The notes under the pieces: generated by a model
The model's input: only the letters and a program-made list of their open reading frames with translations
Told to the model about the DNA's origin: nothing
The model's database searches: none
Translations under genes and position numbers: made by a program
NCBI GenBank assembly: GCA_903885555.1
Contig: CAISIV010000078.1
Location: forward strand, 25,686 to 89,685
Source of the DNA: an uncultured Hyphomicrobiales bacterium
GTDB lineage: Bacteria > Pseudomonadota > Alphaproteobacteria > Rhizobiales > Xanthobacteraceae
Reading direction: 5' to 3'
DNA: 64,000 nt
Shown: positions 59,066 to 64,000 of the stretch, in pieces
How the letters are laid out: each line of letters opens with the position of its first letter
Numbering within the stretch: the stretch's first letter is position 1

Positions 59066-60043
59066 ATGCGCGACCCCTACGACATTTTGGGGGTTTCTAA
59101 GGGTGCGAGCGAGGCGGAGATCAAGAGCGCCTATCGCAAGTTCGCCAAGAAGCTGCACCCCGACGCCAACAAGACCGACCCGAAGGCCGCCTCGCGCTTT
59201 GCCGAGCTGAATGCGGCTTACGAAATCGTCGGCGACAGCGACAAACGCAAGGCGTTCGACCGCGGCGAGATCGACGGCGAGGGCAAGCCGCGCTTTCAGG
59301 GCTACGAAGGTGCGCAGTCCCGCGGCGGTGCGGGCGGTTTCAACGCCGGCGGCCCCGGCTTCGAGGGCTTCAGCTTCGGTCACGACGGCTTCCAGCGCCG
59401 GGCAGGCGGCGGGGCCGGTGGCTTCGAGGATATCTTGCGCGGCATGTTCGGTGGCGCCGCCGGTGGCGGCACGCGCGCGCGCCCGCAATTCGAACAGGAA
59501 GAATTCGGCACCAGCTCCGGCCAGGACCTTCAGGCGACGCTCAGCATCTCGCTCGAGGATGCGGCGAAAGGCGCCAAGACCCGTGTGCATCTGCCGACCG
59601 GCAAGGACATCGAAGTCAAAATCCCCGCGGGCATCACCAGCGGCCAGCAGATCCGGCTGAAGGGGCAGGGCTACCCCGGTATGGCCGGCCGCGCCGGCGA
59701 TGCGATCATCACCGTGACGATCGCGCAGCATCCGGTGTTCACGCCCGACGGCGCCGATCTGCGGCTCGATCTGCCGATCACGGTTTACGAAGCGGTGCTC
59801 GGCGGCAAAGTTCGCGTGCCGACGCTAGGCGGCGCGGTCGAACTGGCAATCCCGGCGGGCACCGACTCCGGCCGCACGTTCCGGCTCAAGGGCAAGGGGC
59901 TCAAGTCGAAAGACAGCACCGGCGATCTGCTCGCCACCGCGCGCATCATCATGCCGGCCAAGCCGAGCGACGAACTCAAGGCGCTGATGAAGCAGCTCCG
60001 CGACGACGCGCCCTACGACCCGAGAAAAGATCTCGAGTCCTAG
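59066..60043 (+). CDS. DnaJ/CbpA-type co-chaperone (J domain, G/F region, CTD; no Zn finger)
   Basis: RDPYDILGV, HPD motif, G/F-rich linker, DnaJ_C (IRLKGQG, FRLKGKG). Confidence 0.92.
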   Translation: MRDPYDILGVSKGASEAEIKSAYRKFAKKLHPDANKTDPKAASRFAELNAAYEIVGDSDKRKAFDRGEIDGEGKPRFQGYEGAQSRGGAGGFNAGGPGFEGFSFGHDGFQRRAGGGAGGFEDILRGMFGGAAGGGTRARPQFEQEEFGTSSGQDLQATLSISLEDAAKGAKTRVHLPTGKDIEVKIPAGITSGQQIRLKGQGYPGMAGRAGDAIITVTIAQHPVFTPDGADLRLDLPITVYEAVLGGKVRVPTLGGAVELAIPAGTDSGRTFRLKGKGLKSKDSTGDLLATARIIMPAKPSDELKALMKQLRDDAPYDPRKDLES

Positions 60044-60834
60044 GACTTCTTCGCGCCGGTCTTGTCGACCTGCTCATAGACCGTCTTGGTGACGTCCTCG
60101 AGCTTGCCGCGGTCGGCGGGGCCGCTCACGACATAGGCGACCTTGTCGTCGACCCAGTAGAACGCCGCCGACCCGTCGCCGTCCTTGAAGCGCAGCGCGC
60201 TTCCCGGCGCATCCGCCTTGGCGCAGTAGATCGTGAAGCGTTCGCCGGACGGTCCTTCGTACATATAGAACGCCGCAGCACCCGTCGGCCCGGGCAGCAG
60301 ACGGCCGCCGACCAGTTTGAGGCCGAGCGATTGTAGATCGGGAATGCGCAGTTCCGTACCGAGCCGCTTCGACAGCCATTGCGTCATGTGCGGACGTTCG
60401 TTGCCCGGCACTTCGACGGGGTGACGCACTTCGACGACGTAGAGCTTGTAGGCGCCGAGCGCTTCGGCGGTGAAGGTATCGAAGTCGGTCGGCACAACGG
60501 CCACCGCGCCGCGCGCGATCCAGCCGGCGGAGCCGCCGATCAGGAACGCCACCACCGCCGCGGCCGAAGCCAGCGCCGCCCACGACCGTCCGCTGGCGCG
60601 GTCACGCTTCAACACCTGATCGATCTGCAAACGCTGCGGCACCGGTTCGTCGGTTGCGGCGCCATAGCGGGCGCGGATGCTGTCGGCCTGCGTGCGCCAC
60701 GCGGCGACCAGCGCAGCCTGATCGGCATGTTGGCCCAGCCAGGCGTTGACGGCTTCCGTCCGGTCGGTTGGCAACTCGCCGTCGACGAACGCGTGAAGCT
60801 CTTCCTCGGTCACGGGTGAATCGCGATCGATCAT
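60040..60834 (-). CDS. Transmembrane anti-sigma factor
   Basis: ELHAFVDGEL anti-sigma domain, one TM, WLSKRLG..GGRLLP periplasmic domain. Confidence 0.9.
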   Translation of the reverse strand: MIDRDSPVTEEELHAFVDGELPTDRTEAVNAWLGQHADQAALVAAWRTQADSIRARYGAATDEPVPQRLQIDQVLKRDRASGRSWAALASAAAVVAFLIGGSAGWIARGAVAVVPTDFDTFTAEALGAYKLYVVEVRHPVEVPGNERPHMTQWLSKRLGTELRIPDLQSLGLKLVGGRLLPGPTGAAAFYMYEGPSGERFTIYCAKADAPGSALRFKDGDGSAAFYWVDDKVAYVVSGPADRGKLEDVTKTVYEQVDKTGAKKS

Positions 60835-60850
60835 GGGTCTTCCTTCTCTC

Positions 60851-61342
60851 TCATTTCACGCGGCGCAGCGCCGGGCGCTCGCCGTCGAGATAAGTTTTGA
60901 TCTGCACACGCGCACGCGCCAAACGCGACATCACGGTTCCGATCGGTACGCCTTGTACTTCCGCGACTTCGCGGTAACTGAGACCTTCGAGCACCACGAG
61001 CAGCAATGCGTTGCGCTGGTCTTCGACCAGCGTCGCCAGCGCCCGTTCGATATCGCGTCCGCCGGCTTCGGGGCCTGCCATATCGGGCGCGTCGTTATCT
61101 TCAATCGACGACATCGGCGGACGCCGCGACAGCGATCGCAGACGGTTGCGGTTGAGATTGGTCAGGATCGTGTAGAGCCAACTGCGCACCTCGCCGCCGT
61201 GGAATAGATGTTCTGAACGCAAGGCCCGTACCAACGTGTCCTGAACAAGGTCGTCGGCGATGTCAGAATCCCGGGTCAGCGCCCGGGCATAGCGGCGCAA
61301 AGCCGGTATCGTCGCTTCGACGTTCTTCTGAAACGTGGCCAA
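60851..61342 (-). CDS. ECF sigma factor (ECF26-like)
   Basis: LRRYARALTR...ADDLVQDTL; region 4 GLSYREVAEVQGVPIGTVMSRLARAR. TTG start. Confidence 0.92.
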   Translation of the reverse strand: MATFQKNVEATIPALRRYARALTRDSDIADDLVQDTLVRALRSEHLFHGGEVRSWLYTILTNLNRNRLRSLSRRPPMSSIEDNDAPDMAGPEAGGRDIERALATLVEDQRNALLLVVLEGLSYREVAEVQGVPIGTVMSRLARARVQIKTYLDGERPALRRVK

Positions 61343-61421
61343 GCAGGCCCCCTTGGTCGAACCTTCTGGGGCTCGGATACCCCAAATCTAGGATATTCGT
61401 CCCCCTGCGTCTGCGAGGTAA

Positions 61422-61446
61422 AACCCCATAATCTCAGACATATTCC
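61422..61446 (-). promoter_or_regulatory. Candidate autoregulatory ECF promoter
   Basis: Minus strand GGAAT-N17-GTT, about 80 nt upstream of the sigma start. Confidence 0.4.
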
Positions 61447-61562
61447 CAAAAACGAATTGAGTTAGCCCCAGGAATTGCCGGGCAGGCCGGTTTGCTTGAT
61501 GGGCTTAGGACCCTATGCCATACGAGGCGGTCGGCGTTTTCCGGCAAAGAACGGGAATTTAG

Positions 61563-62375
61563 ATGGCGGAAGTCTCAGGAATGATGCGCGGCAAGCGCGG
61601 GCTGATCATGGGGGTTGCCAACAACCGCTCGATCGCCTGGGGCATTGCGCGGGCCTGCCGCGACCACGGTGCCGACCTCGCTTTTACCTACCAGGGCGAT
61701 GCGCTCAAGAAGCGCGTCGAGCCGCTGGCGGAGGAGGTGGACGGGCTGGTGGTCGGCCATTGCGACGTTACCGATCCGGCCTCGCTCGACGCCGTTTTTG
61801 CCGCCGTGAAGGCGGCCTGGGGTTCGCTCGACTTCGTCGTGCACGCCATCGCCTTTTCCGACAAGGACCAGCTCGACGGCCGCTATGTCGATACGACGGA
61901 AGAAAACTTCACCAAGACGATGCTGATCAGCTGCTACTCGTTCACGGCGATCGCGCAGCGCGCGGAAAAGCTGATGACCAATGGCGGCTCGATGCTGACG
62001 CTGACCTATTACGGCGCCGAGAAGTGGATGCCGCATTACAACGTCATGGGTCTGGCGAAAGCCGCGCTGGAATCTTCGGTGCGCTATATGGCGGCCGATC
62101 TGGGCGTCAAGAACATCCGCGTCAACGCAATCTCGGCCGGCCCGATCAAGACGCTGGCCGCGTCGGGCATCGGCGACTTCCGCTATATCCTGAAGTGGAA
62201 CGAATATAATACGCCGCTGCGCCGCAACGTGACGCTGGAAGATGTCGGCAAGGCCGGCGTGTTCTTCCTGTCCGATCTGTCGAGCGGCGTGACCGGCGAA
62301 ATCCAGCACGTCGATGCCGGTTATCATGTCGTCGGCATCAAGCATCCCGACGCGCCGGACTTTACGGTGAAGTAG
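61563..62375 (+). CDS. fabI: Enoyl-ACP reductase
   Basis: MGVANNRSIAWGIA, HAIAFSDK, YNVMGLAKAALE, ISAGPIKTLAA. Confidence 0.96.
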   Translation: MAEVSGMMRGKRGLIMGVANNRSIAWGIARACRDHGADLAFTYQGDALKKRVEPLAEEVDGLVVGHCDVTDPASLDAVFAAVKAAWGSLDFVVHAIAFSDKDQLDGRYVDTTEENFTKTMLISCYSFTAIAQRAEKLMTNGGSMLTLTYYGAEKWMPHYNVMGLAKAALESSVRYMAADLGVKNIRVNAISAGPIKTLAASGIGDFRYILKWNEYNTPLRRNVTLEDVGKAGVFFLSDLSSGVTGEIQHVDAGYHVVGIKHPDAPDFTVK

Positions 62376-62423
62376 CGCATGATCCCGAAAAGTGGGTACC
62401 GTTTTTCGGACAAGATCATGCGC
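62375..62423. repeat. REP-like palindromic intergenic repeat
   Basis: 10-bp outer IR GCGCATGATC/GATCATGCGC, inner CCGAAAA/TTTTCGG, central GGTACC. Confidence 0.8.
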
Positions 62424-62431
62424 AATTTAAA

Positions 62432-63034
62432 ATGACCGCCAAGCCGACGGTCTACTATCTTCGTCACGGCGAAACTGACTGGAACGTCGGTGGCCGCCTG
62501 CAAGGCCGCCGCGATATTCCGCTCAACGCGCGCGGTCGCGGCCAGGCCATTCATTGCGGCGAGATCCTGCGCGATCTGTTCGCGCGCGACGGCCGCGATC
62601 CCGCCAACCTCGACTACGTCTCGAGCCCGCTCGGCCGCGCCACCGAAACAATGGAATTGGCGCGGACCGAACTCGGGCTGCCGGCGAGCGGCTATGCGCT
62701 CGACGAGCGCCTCGCGGAACTGTCTTTCGGCGACTGGGAAGGCTTCACCATCAAGCAGCTGCATGAGCACGATCCGGTGCACATTTCGCAGCGCGAGCAC
62801 GACAAGTGGCACTTCGTGCCGCCGGGCGGCGAGAGCTACAAGATGGTCTCGGCGCGCATGGCGCAGTGGCACGCCAGTCTGACGCGCGACACGGTGGCGA
62901 CCGCCCATGGCGGCACCGCGCGCGGGCTGATGGCCCATCTCGGCATTGCCAAGCCGGCAGCGGCGCCTCTGCTCGATATCGCCCAGGGCGTCGTTTACGT
63001 GTTTCAGGGCGATAAAATGACCCGGTATGCATAA
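62432..63034 (+). CDS. Histidine phosphatase (phosphoglycerate mutase-like)
   Basis: LRHGETDWN, SSPLGRA.ET, ELSFGDWEG, AHGG. Confidence 0.93.
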   Translation: MTAKPTVYYLRHGETDWNVGGRLQGRRDIPLNARGRGQAIHCGEILRDLFARDGRDPANLDYVSSPLGRATETMELARTELGLPASGYALDERLAELSFGDWEGFTIKQLHEHDPVHISQREHDKWHFVPPGGESYKMVSARMAQWHASLTRDTVATAHGGTARGLMAHLGIAKPAAAPLLDIAQGVVYVFQGDKMTRYA

Positions 63035-63083
63035 ATTCAGGGCCAATTTGACCCCCGCAAGGCTGCGGGGTACCTAAACCCTC

Positions 63084-64000
63084 ATGTCGTTCAATACCTT
63101 CGGCCATCTTTTCCGGTTCACCAGCTTCGGCGAAAGCCACGGGGCGGCGATCGGCTGCGTGGTCGATGGCTGCCCGCCGCGCATTCCGCTGACCGAAGCC
63201 GACATCCAGCTTCATCTCGACAAGCGCCGCCCCGGCCAGTCGCGTTTCACGACGCAGCGGCAGGAGCCGGATGCGGTCAAGATCATGTCCGGCGTGTTCA
63301 CCGGTGAGGACGGCATCCAGGTCACCACCGGCACCCCCCTGATGCTGCTGATCGAGAACGTCGACCAGCGCTCCAAGGACTATTCCGACATCAAGGCCAA
63401 GTACCGGCCCGGCCACGCCGGTTACGTCTACGACGCGAAGTACGGCATCCATGATTATCGCGGCGGTGGGCGCGCCTCGGCGCGCGAGACCGCGGCGCGT
63501 GTCGCCGCCGGCGCCGTGGCGCGCAAGGTCGTGCCCGGTCTGAACGTGCGCGCCGCGCTCGTGCAGATGGGGCCGCACAAGATCGATCCCGCGCGCTGGG
63601 ACTGGAACGAGATCGACAAGAACCCGTTCTTCTGTCCCGACGCCAAGCAGGCGAAATTCTTTGAGGAATATCTCGACGGCGTGCGCAAATCCGGCTCGTC
63701 GATCGGAGCCGTGATCGAGGTCGTCGCCGAAGGCGTGCCTGTGGGTCTCGGCGCGCCGGTGTACAAGAAACTCGATGCCGAACTGGCCGGCGCACTGATG
63801 GGCATCAACGCCGTCAAGGGCGTCGAGATCGGCGACGGTTTCGCTACGGCTGCGATGAGCGGCGAAGATAATGCCGACGAAATGCGGATAGGGAACGCCG
63901 ACAAGCCGGTATTCCTGTCCAACCATGCCGGCGGCATTCTCGGCGGTATCTCGACCGGGCAGGCGATTGTCGCACGCTTCGCGGTCAAGCCGACCTCGTC
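63084..64000 (+). CDS. aroC: Chorismate synthase, 3'-truncated by the window edge (not in ORF track)
   Basis: Hand translation [29 protein letters not shown]...[14 protein letters not shown]...RPGHA...[18 protein letters not shown]...NAVKGVEIG...[11 protein letters not shown]. Confidence 0.97.
   Translation, partial: MSFNTFGHLFRFTSFGESHGAAIGCVVDGCPPRIPLTEADIQLHLDKRRPGQSRFTTQRQEPDAVKIMSGVFTGEDGIQVTTGTPLMLLIENVDQRSKDYSDIKAKYRPGHAGYVYDAKYGIHDYRGGGRASARETAARVAAGAVARKVVPGLNVRAALVQMGPHKIDPARWDWNEIDKNPFFCPDAKQAKFFEEYLDGVRKSGSSIGAVIEVVAEGVPVGLGAPVYKKLDAELAGALMGINAVKGVEIGDGFATAAMSGEDNADEMRIGNADKPVFLSNHAGGILGGISTGQAIVARFAVKPTS

Overview
Chromosomal segment of a high-GC alphaproteobacterium, probably Hyphomicrobiales (Xanthobacteraceae/Nitrobacteraceae-like; inferred from gene content, GANTC/CtrA-type motifs and repeats). 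It holds about 57 CDS, one tRNA-Pro(CGG), and no recognisable integrase, transposase, prophage or CRISPR array. Housekeeping-type blocks: ppdK; ygfZ-tag-HD-PTP; dihydroorotase; TIGR02301-NUDIX-SRAP-FAD oxidoreductase-sua5; corA-SDR-pdxH-DnaJ-ECF sigma/anti-sigma-fabI-phosphatase-aroC. Two accessory-looking blocks lie between them. (i) 24.4-30.1 kb: a lactonase plus IlvD/Edd dehydratase cluster with three orphan Bug/TctC binding proteins. (ii) About 32-50.7 kb: a signalling-rich block with an RpfF/DSF-synthase-like crotonase divergent from a membrane PAS-GGDEF-EAL protein, an HWE kinase, a Cache kinase/NarL pair, a 2OG-Fe(II) oxygenase, an MCP, a secreted two-repeat C-X48-C protein and a Tlde1/DUF2778 protein. 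Best leads: the RpfF-like locus with CtrA- and EcfG-type motifs; a dense 120-nt structured element between the Cache kinase and the 2OG oxygenase; a perfect CtrA box with GANTC sites ahead of an uncharacterised gene; a clamp-binding-like tail on SRAP; and the duplicated disulfide protein. Family assignments come from motif recognition by eye, not database searches. Several start codons were moved downstream of the ORF-track starts.
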